DNA of 64,000 nucleotides from Vicugna vicugna (GCA_013265495.1 MU058065.1:4748976-4812975); one strand, 5' to 3'. Numbered from the stretch's first letter, positions 25,554-38,279 are shown. Notes: a model not told the origin generated them from the letters alone. A program made the numbers and translations.

Positions 25554-26135
25554 TGAAGGGGAAGAAAAATAATTTTCCCTCTGCCCTTATGAATTTTTAG
25601 CGGAAACTCCTAAAAGAAAACACAGATGAACAAGAGACGATCAAGCAGAAGTTTATTCCCATGTATACGTGGGAGACACCCAGGAGAAAACTCAGTAACT
25701 CCCCAAAGTGGCCTCAGCTTTAGACCCAACTGCCATCTTCACAGGGAGAAGGAGAGGGATGCAGTCCTTTTAAGGGAGAGTGAACAGTTTTTAGAAAATA
25801 TAAATGGGCCCTTAGAAGAATTGATGGGCGGTATGATGCTTGGTGACAAAGTTTGTCTGGTGTCATGTCAACATCTACACTCCTCTCCTGTGACAAGGAT
25901 CAATCTTCCTCGGTTGATGAAACTCTTGGGGAAAGGATTTATGACAGTTGAATTTCTTTTGGAGAATCTGTCTTTAGGCAGATAGGGAAAATTCAGAGAA
26001 AGCCTCTCTCTGAATTTGCTATCTTCCATGTGCTTACAGCTCAAATAATCGATACACCACAGTGACCTATTTTGGCATGGCACGTCCTGAATGTGTACCG
26101 TCCGATTTTGGGGTGGCAAATTCTGCTACTCTTCA
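25554..26135 (-). mobile_element. MER34-family ERV1 solo LTR with 4-bp TSD, inserted in a MIR
   Basis: Termini TGAAG...CTTCA with TSD ctgt (25550-25553, 26136-26139). Minus strand reads 'cagaatttgccaccccaaaat...gattatttgagctg...ctatctgcctaaagacag'. Minus-strand AATAAA at about 25652. The right flank continues as MIR ('tgaagaaactgaaattaag'). Confidence 0.85.
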
Positions 26136-28329
26136 CTGTTGAAGAAACTGAAATTAAGACGGCCTTCTGCCCAGGACAAAGCCAGAAATCAAGCCCCGTA
26201 TGACTCACTCCACAGGATCCGTTTCCCTGCAGTAGCTAGTGTATTGAGTAATATACTGGCTATGTTGACGAATCACACGAGGGAATGCAGAGCTGTTTGA
26301 AGGAGAGCAGGACTCTGAGGTTTCCTCTTTGATCTCGGGAGATTATATAAAATGTTGAGGGGGACCGATAGAGTGAAAGAACCCCACCAAGTCCCCTCTA
26401 GTTTTACCCCTCCGACACGTGTGGGACGGCTCTCCTCCCGAGGGTTTCCAGTGGTTGATTTCCCATGTCGTCTTCCGCTCCACCTCCATCTACCGCCTCA
26501 CTGAGCAATCAGCATGTAAGTTTGATGCTTCAAGTAATAGCTGGCAGTGGCTGGGAGACTGTCACCGGCCTCTGAAGTCCTGAATATGAACAGCTATTTT
26601 ATTTCTATTGCACTTCTTTTTAGTCATTTTTTTTGCATATTGCATACACATTAACTTATGAAACACATGGCTCAACATTACTTACAGTCAAGTCAAGTCA
26701 CCTTACATACGATTTTAGGCACAAAGATGTATATGCCAGTAATGGCATTACAGAAAAAGGTCTTATTCTGTGCATCTCCATAGGCACTCCTTGTTAGCCT
26801 GCGAGCGAGACAGCAAGTGTGCAACCTGCATTGATCCACCCAAAAATCAGGTACAGAGGAAGTGCTGGAGACATCTTTAAATTCTCAGTGAAGATGTGAG
26901 ATGAGGAAAGATTTCACGTGGTAGGAGAGAAAGTGTACTATGTCACCCTGGGGACAGTGACTGCATATCCATTCTCAGAACGTTCGCCATGTGTGGGGAG
27001 GATGGGTTGGCAGGGTCACATGAAAGTGAAAAAAAAAAGTCGATGGAAAGAGCAACCTTACTAATGTCAATTAGTAGAAGACAGCTGGAAGACTGTAGGC
27101 ACCATGAGGGACAGATACATATCTGCAAGGCCCCCGTGACTCCCCAGTGCCTTGCATGGCACTAACGTGACCGGAAGTGCTTATTACCGTTTGAATGAAT
27201 GAGTAAGTGGGTAAAAGTCTGTCCTATGCTGAGGATCAACAACAGAATTTTATCAGAGATGGAAAGAGATTCCTTCTCCTTCTTCAGGACAATAACTTTC
27301 CATGTGTTAATGCAGCTAGGACCACAACAATGGAAGAAATATCATGTACAGAAAACTGCGAAGACAGTGAAGGGGCAACAGAAACTTACTACGTGTGTTC
27401 AATGTGCAGCAGATGGAGAGCCATATGGGGACAAAGAGGGGAATTATAACGGCTTTCCAATAATAAACGAGAACCATCGAAGCGAGAGACCTGGGACTTG
27501 GGGTCCAGAATTATCGTAGTGGGGCCCAGAGCCGAAGACTAGTCTTAGTGAGAAGTTGAAGCACTGTATTTTGCATCTTTCAGGCTCGTGTGTCCTGGGA
27601 AACAAGTACATACATATTTAATTCAGCTAAAAATTACTTCCAATTGGCAGATGTTGGGATATTAGCTTCAGAGCAGAGAAGAAGTATTAAAATATTCACT
27701 AAATCCATCAATATGTTGAACCGTCTGTGGGCTTTCAAGTTGTATTGTGTACTTCGTTATGGAAATATGCCTACAATATGTTAGGTGAGGAAGGCAAAAA
27801 CAGAGTCGTATGTACACACGGTGTTTACAGCCATGTTAAAATGTACAGTTATAGGATTGGAGAGAGACAAAGTCCATATGATCATTAATAAGGATGTAAA
27901 CATTTGGCATTTTAAAGTTTACAGAATATTTTCCCTGTGCATTTCCATACAGTAAATTTCATTATAAAGAAAGTGGTTGTCCCACTTAGCTAGCCATGCC
28001 ACATGCAGCCAGATGGAGACATACTGTGTCCCACTCCCACAATAACACAGAAGGACTATAATGTCGGTTATTCAGTCTATAATGGCTCTAACACTAAAAA
28101 TAAATGATGTACCGGCAGGTATAGAGGCTGCAGAAAATAGCATGAATAAAATTTAAAATGAGTTTTCCTAGACAAGCTTTACTGTTTTGTATTTAAGGTT
28201 ATATTGAGTCAATTGTCAACTAGACACTGAAGTTCAATTTAACAACATTATGAATTGGGTCCACTATTTCACAATAATCATTTCTTGCATTTTCCTTCAG
28301 ATGCAGTGAATGTCACATCTTTCCCCTAC

Positions 28330-28473
28330 TGTCACTTTCTTCTTAATAGAAGAACCAGGAAAGTCCCTGAGCTTCAGGCCTGAAAAGAAGATGAAAGAGG
28401 TTGTCACTTTCTTCTTAATAGAAGAACCAGGAAAGTCCCTGAGCTTCCGGCCTGGAAAGAAGATGAAAGAGGT
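28330..28473. repeat. Tandem duplication, 2 x 72 bp
   Basis: Copies at 28330-28401 and 28402-28473 differ at only 2 positions (cttcAggcctgAaaag vs cttcCggcctgGaaag). Confidence 0.97.
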
Positions 28474-30370
28474 TAAGTAGAAACACAATTAACAGTAGTA
28501 TTTTGCATATTTCACCACTTTTCTGTAAACAGATGCTCTGCTAGCTGGCCAGGCTACAAGTGCCTTAGTCATAGGAGGAACATAATTACCCAAAGCCTTT
28601 ATGATACATCAAATCCAGCTCGTATCTGCAGACTCCTCCAGAAGCTTCACACATGCGGGGTCTTTATCCTTTCATTAATTCTCCCCCTAATTCTTAGTCC
28701 CATAGCCCTGAACCGACCTCTCTTCTTTGTCGGAGTCAGAATAGAGGGACGAATATTGGAAGTAAAGGAACTGAGAGATTGTATCAGGTTCTGCCTAGAA
28801 ACTTCAAATTCGAACATACCGGGGTGATATGTACTTTCGATAGACATTTTCTGCTTAAGATTTAGTGGACAACATAGTAATTTATAGACACCTGTCACTG
28901 GTAGATTCAACTTCACTTGTGACTTGTCTGACCTGCTATTTTCGACAAGGTGGTGATCAGGGTTTGCGACAGAAGACAAGAGAGGAGGAGTGCTTTCTCC
29001 TTTCCTTGTCCTCGTGCTTAAAGCTATGCATCAGGGGAGTGGTGGTGGAAGCGCTGTCAGTGGGACAGGGGTATCAGAGAGAGTGGAGGTAAATAGGGAT
29101 GCCAGTTCATCCTTGCTCAATTAGCAATTGCCCCCCAAATCTCTGTCTTTCATTTAGCCCTGGGTTGGGGAGGTGCAAATCAAGTCACACCTACGCTAGC
29201 CACCCAGCCCCATGCGATTCTAAAGCGTCAGCAGTCACTCCTGCTTACAAAAGGAACCTCACCCAACTTGTTGTTTTAAAACCCTTTCTGTTATGGTGGG
29301 CTCATTCAGAAGTCACAATCCTACAGTTTTTTCTTCTTCCAAGCCTTTTGGGGGGACTCTTTCCCAAGAATAGTCCAACACGTTGAATTATGTCACCCCA
29401 CATGCAGTCCCCCAAACTTTTGCTCTGTGTTTCCGAGTTGGTGCCATGAAATGACTCTGCACTGCTGATGCCTGAACCACCTGCCAGCAGATTATACCAC
29501 CTCTTCTCAACTGGCCCTAGCAGGATGCCCCAGCCCATGCTGCAGACTGATCAAAGCACATGATTCATTGCAACTTGACAGGCTGGCTTTCTCTGCAGAC
29601 TCTGGAGGGAGAGGTTACTTGAGAAATGCCTGCGGGGATCAAGCTGTTCACCCGTCACTACTAAGGGATGATGGTGCGGTAAAGAACGGCTGCGAGGAGA
29701 AATCCCATTGTTAGTCCAGAAGGCCAGTGTCACATCTCATTGGTGACACCAGATGCAGCTCATTCAGCCTCCGTTTGGAGGCCTTGGCTAGAAGCTATGG
29801 TACCTTGGAACTGATAGTGAAATTCAACTATTTGGCTCAGGAGTCAGCACGTGCCTGATAATTTAGGCTCAGTGTGTTAGTTAAACTACCAAAGACCGCG
29901 ATCAATAATGTGTACTGAATTTGTTGAATCATAAAGAGAAAATACTCTTCAATTTTGAAAGAGTTTCTCAAAATAGCTTCCGATGCTCTTGGTTTCCCCT
30001 CAAACCTCCTTCCACTTGCAGCCATCAATCACAGCCCTGAGGCAAAGATTACATTCACCTCTGTGAAGCTTACAGAATGAGTTACTAGGGTTCTTATCCA
30101 GTTTGTCTCGCCAACATGTCTCCTTGTCCACATGCACGTGGTCTAGCTAAATGCATGGAGCATCCCACAAGGAACCTACCTGATTTCACAAACAGAGCCT
30201 CCCACTCATCACCTCATTTTTACAGTTCTGGACTCCAGGTGTGACCTTAACCAGAAGCGCCCTAATGTGGGTCTTCATGTCCCCTATGGTATGCTCAATC
30301 CAGGTTTCACAATTTCAAAAAACAAATGTATGCACAGTGAAAAGTCAGAACTTTAAACAATTCTAACCAA

Positions 30371-30373
<3 letters not shown>

Positions 30374-30421
<48 letters not shown>
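30374..30421. repeat. (TTA)16 microsatellite
   Basis: Uninterrupted trinucleotide run, read directly. Confidence 0.97.
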
Positions 30422-30423
<2 letters not shown>

Positions 30424-30802
30424 CTACAATGACCCCCAATTAATTGTCAGAAGCATTGTTCCTAAATTCACAATCACTTTTTAAATTTGTAATATTTTCC
30501 ATGTCTGCTAAAAGTAAAGCCTTTGAATTAAGGTTTGAATGTGTTTCTTACTCTGTGACCTCTATGCAGCTTACAAGCAATGGTATGTTGATAGTCACTA
30601 CCTTATTGCTGTGGTGAGAAGAATTCAGAAAACATTCCTAAACTGAGGTAAAGTGTTCCAGAATTGATTAGTAGTGTCTATATTTGGCTAAAGAAGGAAA
30701 ACTTCAGACCTACATGCCATGTATTTGCCACCTTTCTCTTGATTTTTTCACAAAGAATGAATTTTAAATGTCTTATTCAATATTATAATCCAATTACAAA
30801 AT

Positions 30803-31026
30803 CAGAGGGAGACAACTATAGCTAAAGGACCAATTTCTGCCACTGTCTGTTCTTGTAAATAAAGTTTTATTAGAACACGGTCATGCTTATTTGTGTACAT
30901 GTTGCCTATGGCTACTTTTGTGCTTCAGCAGACACATTGAATTTTGACAGAGATTTCATGGCCCCTAAAGCCTAACTTATTTACTATATTGCCCTTTACA
31001 GAAACAAAAAAAAGTGACACCTCCTG
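30803..31026 (+). mobile_element. MER58A hAT-Charlie MITE
   Basis: 'ttgtaaataaagttttattagaacacggtcatgcttatttg...cctatggctacttttgtgct...aaagcctaacttatttactatattgccctttacagaaa'. Confidence 0.85.
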
Positions 31027-31169
31027 TTCTAGAAGGAAGCAATACTACCGTCTTGACTCCTGTCTCCCATGGGCATTATGGCTAAGGCCCCTTAATCCCC
31101 TCCTGCTGGCTCAGCCTCTCCTGGTCTTCAATCAAATGAATCGCACTGAAAAGTTTAGATGTATCATCA

Positions 31170-31410
31170 TCAGATTACCTTCATGACCTCAAATAAGACC
31201 TCAAGCAAGTCCTCAAACATGACTTCAGCAGACTTTATTCCCCCAACTCTAATAATTGACATCTGTCCATTTTCTGTAACCAATTTGCCATCTTGTATTC
31301 TAATTCCAACAAGTCTGGAATAGTAACATCTCCCCTTCCCCACCGCCTCTCTATTCCAATCTTCCAGACACCAGCCACCCATCCAAGACTCCATAGGTCA
31401 TCCATCACAA
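31170..31410 (+). mobile_element. L2 ORF2 fragment
   Basis: Pyrimidine-rich, C-rich stretch with L2-like words ('aatttgccatcttgtattctaattccaacaagtctggaatagtaac'). Confidence 0.4.
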
Positions 31411-31411
31411 T

Positions 31412-31860
31412 TCTGTTACCAACCACTGCGGCATGTGAAACCACCTCAAAACCCATGGTTTCAAACAATCATTATTAGAACTCATGCATCCATAGGACAT
31501 CTGCTTTTTACTGGGTCTCGTCATGGGACTGTAGGTCAGCCAGCAACTCCACTTCAGGATGGGTTTGGCTGGAGCAGTTTAATTGGGCAGCTCTGCTCCA
31601 CGTTTCTCTCACCCTCCTCCTAGAATCAGTGAGCTAGTCTGGGCCTGCCCTTGGCCTTATAATGACCTCAGTGCAAGAGTGCAAGTTCAACCACACAAGT
31701 GCTTTTCAAGCCTCTTCTTGCTCATGTCTGCAAAAATCCACTGCCCAAAGCAAGCCACAAGACCAAACCCAGAGTCAAAGAGTAAGCTCCATTCACATAA
31801 GGTGGTCTACAAAGTTACCTGGCAAAGGGCGTGAATAAAGACCACTAATGTAATCTCCCA
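31412..31860 (-). mobile_element. MLT1H-like LTR (ERVL-MaLR)
   Basis: 'aaccacctcaaaacccatggtttcaaacaatc', 'gggcagctctgctccacgtttctctca' and 'caagtgcttttcaagcctc...ccactgcccaaagcaagccacaagaccaaacccagagtcaa'. Confidence 0.75.
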
Positions 31861-32248
31861 CGAGGAAGCTCTCAGGAGAAGAGGAAATGCCCCAAATGTC
31901 CAATATCTCCATCAACCTGATCCAAAATTGAACAAAACCACCAGCATATTACAGTATGGTGCCCTCCCGGGAAATAAATGCCATTCCAAATTTTTTGATT
32001 CCTAACTCCAAGCCATGCACACAAGGTGGAAGGAAAGAGAACTGCCTCTTAACCCAAATGCTACCACCAGCAATGGCATTCATGATGTACACAAGCCTCT
32101 TGGAAGGTGCTCTTCTAGTGAAACTCGCCTGCCCATCAGTCAGAGCAGCATCCTTAACTTATGGTACCTATAATCAGAATGATGACAGTCAGCTGTCAGG
32201 GTCAGTCGGTGACATTAATCAAATCAACACATGTAACTAGCAACCACT

Positions 32249-32535
32249 ATTTTTTAAATTTTTATTTTGAGATAATTGTAGATTCACATGAAGTTGTAAG
32301 AAATAATACAGAAAAATACTCTATACATTTCACCCAGTTTCCCCAATGGTAACATCTTTAAAATCTACAGTGTGGTTTCACAACCAGGATATTGACATTG
32401 AGGCAATCCATCAACTTTCTTCAGATTTCACCACTTTTTCATGCCCTGGTGAATGTGTGAGTGTGTGTAGTTTTGTAGACTTGTATAGCCATCGCCACAG
32501 TCAGGATGTCAAGGCACAGAACAGTTCTATCAAGC
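32249..32535 (-). mobile_element. L1MB-type L1 3' end
   Basis: T-tract followed by 'ttttattttgagataattgtagattcacatgaagttgtaagaaataatacaga...cacccagtttccccaatggtaacatct...caaccaggatattgacattga'. Confidence 0.85.
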
Positions 32536-33879
32536 AACTATTTTTAGCTAGTCTAAGATCAGTGAATTCTGTAAAGGATCTCAGAATCAAGCTCAATGTA
32601 GGATTTTTTTTTTTTAGCAGTCTCAACATTTGGTTCATGTCATACAGGCACAGCCTCCATCAGACACAGGATATTTGTCTCTTTTTTAAACAGGTAATTG
32701 CCTGTTCAATGAGTCACGTAACTGCTCTCCTCTCAAGTGACCATGGAGTGCTTATACAGTGTGTATCTCCTTACAAATCTAATAAGAGCTGTGTAAAATG
32801 AATTAAAAAGTGTTTCACTGAAATGCTATCTCAAGGAAGCCCAGCCTCTGCCCATTAGATTTAAAGCTGTAAAAGAATCTGAAACACACTGATGAGTGAG
32901 CCCCATTTAGGTATTTGCTAAAATGCGATTGCTTCACTTTTGCTATTTAGCTGATCTCATCAGAAATGATTCTTTGGCCGTACTAGTTGTCTCAGCTCTG
33001 AAACACCAATTAATGAATCACTGTAACAAATGACTTGGGTCTCCGATTCTTACAGACATTTCGTAAACGGCAGATTTGACAGTGAATTCGATGAGCATGG
33101 AATTTCATGGTGCTCATTACCAGAGAGGGTGCCAGGTTTCTTTTCTGACTCCACTCCTGACTTTTGTGAGTCAAGGCTCCAGAAGAATGTGATGTTGACA
33201 GGAGGCATTTGTGGATTTGTGGCTGTGTGTCTATTGAACACCCTGTGTTAGGACTTGGGGGGCACATGCAATAGCCACAACTCTCTCACACAGCCTCTCT
33301 CATACAGCTGTACAGAGGATAGTCACAGAACAGTGACACCAGAAGGGCTTTCATCTAATCAAGGGGTTTACAATATTTTTAACATTAGGACTTTTTGTTC
33401 AAATGTATCCTTTAGAAATATATTTTTAAAGCTGTACATGGACATGGTCTGAAGATTCAAATTGTCCTATTCAGCTTAGTGTCAAAATGGCAAGCTGATT
33501 TAGGATTAAGCCTCCTTGAGTCTGCTAAATCCTCAGTGTCTCTTTTTGCTCTTGTATTGTTCTTTATTCTCTTGTTCTGCATGTTTTTATGCCTTAAAAA
33601 ATCGCTCTCTTGTCATTTTAAAGTTCTGGGGAGAAACAGACAAATAATTATGTTTACTCTGCCATGATTTACCGAAAAGTCAACCTTATTTCAAATCTCT
33701 AAATCCTGAAGGCTTCCTCTACATTAGGTACCCATCTCATCCCTTCAGAATCCCTTTGAATCACCTCCCCCCAAAATTCTAAAGGTTCCTTGAAACAGCA
33801 TTTAGAAAACCAACACTATAATCCAATCTCAGCATTTGATAGATGTGGACATTAAATAAGTAAAATGAATTGCCTGGGA

Positions 33880-33934
33880 TACACCAGAAATTGACACATT
33901 GTAACTGACTATACTTGAATTTAAAAAAAAAAAA
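33880..33934 (+). mobile_element. Recent 55-bp L1 3' tip (camelid-type) with TSD, inside a MIR
   Basis: 'tacaccagaaattgacacattgtaactgactatacttgaattt' plus poly(A). Flanks gaattgcctggga (33867-33879) and gaattccctgaga (33935-33947) are 11/13 identical. Confidence 0.85.
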
Positions 33935-34214
33935 GAATTCCCTGAGACTGTATGCATGGTGGTAGGTAGACTCGTGCCTCCTTCTTTCTAGACAAGTCCT
34001 CTTCGTATTACAATTATATTTAATTTGGGAAACAACGAAACTAGGGCAGACATAATGATAGTGGTCTATTTAACCTGTTGACTCATTATTTTTATTCTTT
34101 CATTAGATAAATTTGGACACCTGTCTGTACTAGGTATTGTGCTTGACATGAAGATAAAATAATAAATATACACAAGCATGACTTCTCCCTCCCTGGGGTC
34201 TGCATTTGAGGGTG

Positions 34215-34540
34215 CAGGGGTCATTATCTGGCAGTTTGAAGGCCAGATTTTGGGGCAGTATATGTGCTTTATTTGGCCTGTCTGTTGTTTTACAAATGTA
34301 TAAATTTGTTGCTGATATTCAGAAGTTGAGAATATTTTATTAAAGGCAATCCAGCAGTCCAGCTTCCCTTGGAGATTGTAGATCTGGAAAGACTAAGCCT
34401 TTAGATCCACTTGACATCGGTAGACTGGGGTGAGACAGAGGAGTCCCTTTTGTCTAAGCGTGTATCCTCTGTGCAGCCCTGTTCCCCCCAGTCCATTTCC
34501 CTCTTTGATGTTTTCTGCTCTAGAAACTCGGGTTTGCAAT
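34215..34540 (+). mobile_element. MER102-like hAT-Charlie element
   Basis: Starts 'caggggtcattatctggcagtttgaaggccagatttt...tgtgctttatttggcctg' and contains 'ccagcttcccttggagattgtagatctggaaagact'. Confidence 0.65.
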
Positions 34541-35011
34541 TCTTTCCCTAGTGGTTTTCAAATTATGCTCTGTGGAATCTTAGGAGTTCTGATGAGCATC
34601 TCAGCCCGTCGGGCCACAGGGGTTCATGAGTCAGTCCTAATGAATTCTAACAGAAAGACTGATAAACTTTCCCTGCTTTACACATTAAGCATTCATTTAA
34701 GAACTTTCACAAACCACTAGAGGAAAATACAATTGAGTTCCACTCTTTTACAGTAAGTATTTTAGTAGGTAATACAGGCAGCAATCATTCCTAAAATAGG
34801 AAAGGAATCAAGCTCCAATATTTGATGCAGGCTTGGTGGAAGGAACCTGGTGGAAACTAACTCATGAATAGGCTTGAAAGGAGACAAAAACAGAGGATGG
34901 AGAGAAATAACATAAGTAATGATGCAGCAGAAGTCACAAACAGCGTATCTCATAGGAAAGTGTTCAGTCAGTGAATGCATCAGGCTACTGTGAGTATCCT
35001 AAAATACGTAA

Positions 35012-35068
35012 ATATATATATATATATATATGTATTTATATATATATTCTGTTTACATATATATATAT
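35012..35068. repeat. Interrupted (TA)n
   Basis: Read directly. Confidence 0.9.
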
Positions 35069-36269
35069 AAACAATTTCTAATTGCAAAGATATCTTTCAA
35101 AACATACTAACAGCATTGAGGAAATCCCACCAATTTTAGCTTCCATTGTCAGCTAGACATGCAGGCTCTCAGATGCTTCTTTGAATAACTGTTCTGTTTT
35201 ATATGTAAATACCATAAAATGGGAGCTCATTTTCTAGGGAACTTTGTGAAAGGATGCATGTGTGTGGAAAAGAAAATATGACTTTATTTCAATGAAACAC
35301 AGACACTGCAAAGACCTGGTGAGTAGCTGGTTGATTTTAATTAAGACGAATTTGTGTGTTAACACTGCTAACACTCTTGTTAGAAGAAATGAGATAGCAT
35401 TTGTATTTTTATATTTTTTAAAAATCAGGTTTCTCAGGTATTTTAAAGATTAGGGAGCATTTGGTTTACTATTGTTTTGGAATGTAAATATTCTTCTCTG
35501 TTTTTACACTTTTAGCATTTAAATCATGAGGACTCACATAGAGGCAATTGCCCAACCCCTTATAGGCTTGACTTTTAAATACTGAAATCTGCCTACATAG
35601 CTGTTTATCCTTTTAATCCTTCTTTTCATTATTTCTAGTGCATACATAGGACTATAGAAGAATGTACATCACTCTCAACTCAAAAAATCCATAATCACAA
35701 TACACCTTCTTCTGCCTCTCTACCTGGATTGCTGTAAGGAAACACAGTGAGGGTCTAGTTCATGGATTCACATGTATTTTTATAGTGATATCTGCTTTTA
35801 ACAATTTACCAAGAAGTTCGCATGGAGATGCTCATTTTATGAGGAGCCTTACAATAAATTTCTAAGCTAAAAATAGTATCTTCTTTTCATCAAGACAAAA
35901 TTAAATTTCACAAGGACTAAATGACTTGCTCAAAGTTGATTTGCTGGTTCTGATTTGGGGTCTTAACTTTCCTTGTTAAGTAGGTGTTCCAAATGTAGCT
36001 ATCCCACGAAATTGTTAAAAGGACAAAATGAGATCATATAGAAAAGGTTTAATACAGAAATTAGTACCTGGTAGGGGCTTAATAAATGCTTATAATAAGT
36101 AGTAAGTAGTTAGAGGATTTGAACTTGGTTATTTAAGTATGACATTTGATTATCTCCCCTGCTTCCTATCCTTTGATGTTGCAAATGTGTCATAGAATTT
36201 GGGAGTGTGTTTAGATTGAACATGACCCAAAATTGCAGTCACTCATGCCTTGCAGTTTACTGAGTTTTC

Positions 36270-36560
36270 CAGGGAACTGATAATTACAAATCAGACCGAC
36301 AGGACACCTGATGCATGTGATTTGTTTTGCCTCACAAAAGTTCTCCAAATGTTTGCTCATTTGCAAGAAGACATAAAATACTAAAAATGTAGATTTCCTG
36401 GCTGCAAATGGCCATCTTATCAAAAATCCTTCACATGTTTGAATCCCTTCAATACCACTTCTACCCAGTGGGCACACAAGAGCAGTTGTATACTTCGTGT
36501 AGCGCCACTGTTGAGTCCCATTATGTCCACCTAAGTCAACTCACATGTGCCAGTGCCTTC
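36270..36560 (+). mobile_element. Decayed MER102-like hAT fragment
   Basis: 'gtgatttgttttgcctcacaaaag...taaaaatgtagatttcctggct'. Confidence 0.4.
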
Positions 36561-37213
36561 CCTCCCCCTCCATTCTGTTTTTTAACACTGACACTTTGGG
36601 GGGACATCTCTCTCCTCTTTTACTTACACAAGGAAGGCATCACAGATATGAATTGGTTGAGAGGTTACAAAGTAGCCCACAAACACAATAGGTTTAGTGT
36701 GCACAGATGTTTAAAAACAAATTGAAGCCCATCTCCAGGGGGTGACCCACTTTGGCACCTACAGTAGGGCTAAAAGACAACTCGTAATTCTGAACGGCTA
36801 AAGTCACCTGGAGCCAAGTCTTTGCTGCATCTTTAGACAGAGCATGCTTGTTCCTGGTCCTCACACCTGACTCTTTGATGGTTTTTATTACATGCTTGCT
36901 CCCGGAATGAGTAAGCAAACTGACAGTGGTTTCCAGGGCTTTCATCTCATTTTCCTCTACCTGTTCAACTTTCCTTTCATTATTCCTAGCACAAGTCTTT
37001 GCTTCTAGCTTCATTTCTCTACCTAAACTTTTCCTCCAAGATCTCATGCAGTTCTGTGGCTGCAATGTTGTCTATACACTAATAAATCTCTACCTGGCCA
37101 CTCTCTCAAACTCCAGAATAATCCTGCTTCTTGCTCCTCTGGGCCATTTTTCTGTCTGTTTCTCTTCTATTCCTCTTCTCTCTACATGTCACTCCTCACC
37201 TACATCTGACTCT

Positions 37214-37639
37214 TGTCAACTGAAAAGAAGAAAAAAGCACAACATAAAAGTTAAGGATTATGTTTTATTCAGCGGACAAATTGAAGACTGAAGCCCAGGA
37301 GACAGCCTCTCACCTCTGAGGGTCTGTTCTGAAGAAGTAAGGGAGGAGCCAGGGTATATAGGAGTTACAAAAACCAGGTAGTCGAAACATCAAAAGATTA
37401 CTGTTAATTAAAGAAAAACCAGACATCTCAAGTTAATGAATTTAGCATTTTTCTCTGTATGGGAAGATGCAAGAGTCTGACTTTATTTAAATCACTCCTT
37501 TGATAAGCACCTTAACTCTTCAGGGCCAGTATTCTGGGGTTTGTTTTTTTCCATCCTGAATCCCCTCAGGGTGCACAGTCGGTGCAGCTACAGTGGCTAA
37601 TGGCTTGACGGATATGGCAGGCGACATTCTTTGTCCACA
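37214..37639 (-). mobile_element. ERV1-type solo LTR with 4-bp TSD
   Basis: TG...CA termini with TSD ctct (37210-37213, 37640-37643). Minus-strand AATAAA ('gttttattc', about 37264) and TATA ('gggtatataggag', about 37354) are in LTR order. Confidence 0.88.
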
Positions 37640-37889
37640 CTCTGCTCATCCAGAACAGTCTTCCCGGATTCTCATCTGTCCTTCCCTGTGTCTGGACTTC
37701 TGCTCTGTATCTCTTCCTGGTCACCCAGAATGATCCTTCCAGTCTCACATCTGCCCTCATCATTTCTGTGTCTCTGACTCTGCCCTGCATTTCTTCCTTC
37801 CAGGACAGAAGTGCCAACTCCCTTCTCCTAGCTTCCTTCACATCACTCCCTTCCTCCTTCAATCCCAGCTTCCATTTTTGCTCTTGAAC

Positions 37890-38076
37890 CAGTGGTTTCC
37901 AAGTTTGGATCCCAGATCAGCCACATCAGCATCTGCTGGGAACTAGCTGGAAATGCAAATTCTTGTGCCCTGCCACCAACAAACTGAGCCCGAAATTCTG
38001 GGGGCGGGGCTCAGCCATCTGGATATAACCAGCCTCCCAGGTGACACTGATGCGTGCTCGACTTTGAGAACTGCTG
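37890..38076. mobile_element. MER5A hAT-Charlie MITE, full length
   Basis: 'cagtggtttccaag...catcagcatctgctgggaactagctggaaatgcaaattctt...cctcccaggtgacactgatgc...tttgagaactgctg'. Confidence 0.88.
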
Positions 38077-38086
38077 TTTTCCAACC

Positions 38087-38262
38087 CACCTGTTCTCAGC
38101 CTTGGCTGACATTTCAATAACCTGTGGAGGTTTTTTAAAAATATCCATGTCTGGGCACCACCCCAAACCCATTAAACCAAGTTCTCTGGAAGTGGGGCTC
38201 AATTATATGCGTTTTTGAAAAAGCTCCCCCGGTAATTCTAATGTACAATCAGGGTTGACTTA
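38087..38262. mobile_element. MER5A1/MER5B-like MITE adjacent to the MER5A copy
   Basis: 'gttctcagccttggctgacatttcaataacctgtggagg...aaaagctcccccggtaattctaatgtacaatcagggttga'. Confidence 0.8.
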
Positions 38263-38279
38263 AATCTGCTAAAATGTTT

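Noticed and set aside
25626..25985. 119-aa ORF
   Set aside because: Entirely inside the MER34-like solo LTR. No gag/pol/env motifs.
27199..27519. 106-aa and 80-aa ATG/GTG ORFs with Cys pairs
   Set aside because: No recognisable family, no poly(A) or TSD suggesting a retrocopy, and no convincing splice context.
28297..28488. ORF with a 24-aa repeat, and the possibility of a CRISPR-like array
   Set aside because: It is just the translation of the 72-bp tandem duplication. There are only two adjacent copies, no spacer, and the context is eukaryotic.
29094..29193. Possible MITE bounded by TAGGG...CCTA
   Set aside because: The inverted ends are too short and degenerate, and the interior does not match a consensus I can recall with confidence.
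32346..32801. 151-aa ORF
   Set aside because: Begins in an antisense L1 3' UTR and has non-coding-like composition.
34713..36750. CTCF-like words (CCACTAGAGGAAA at about 34714; TCTCCAGGGGGTG at about 36732)
   Set aside because: Each mismatches core positions of the CTCF motif.
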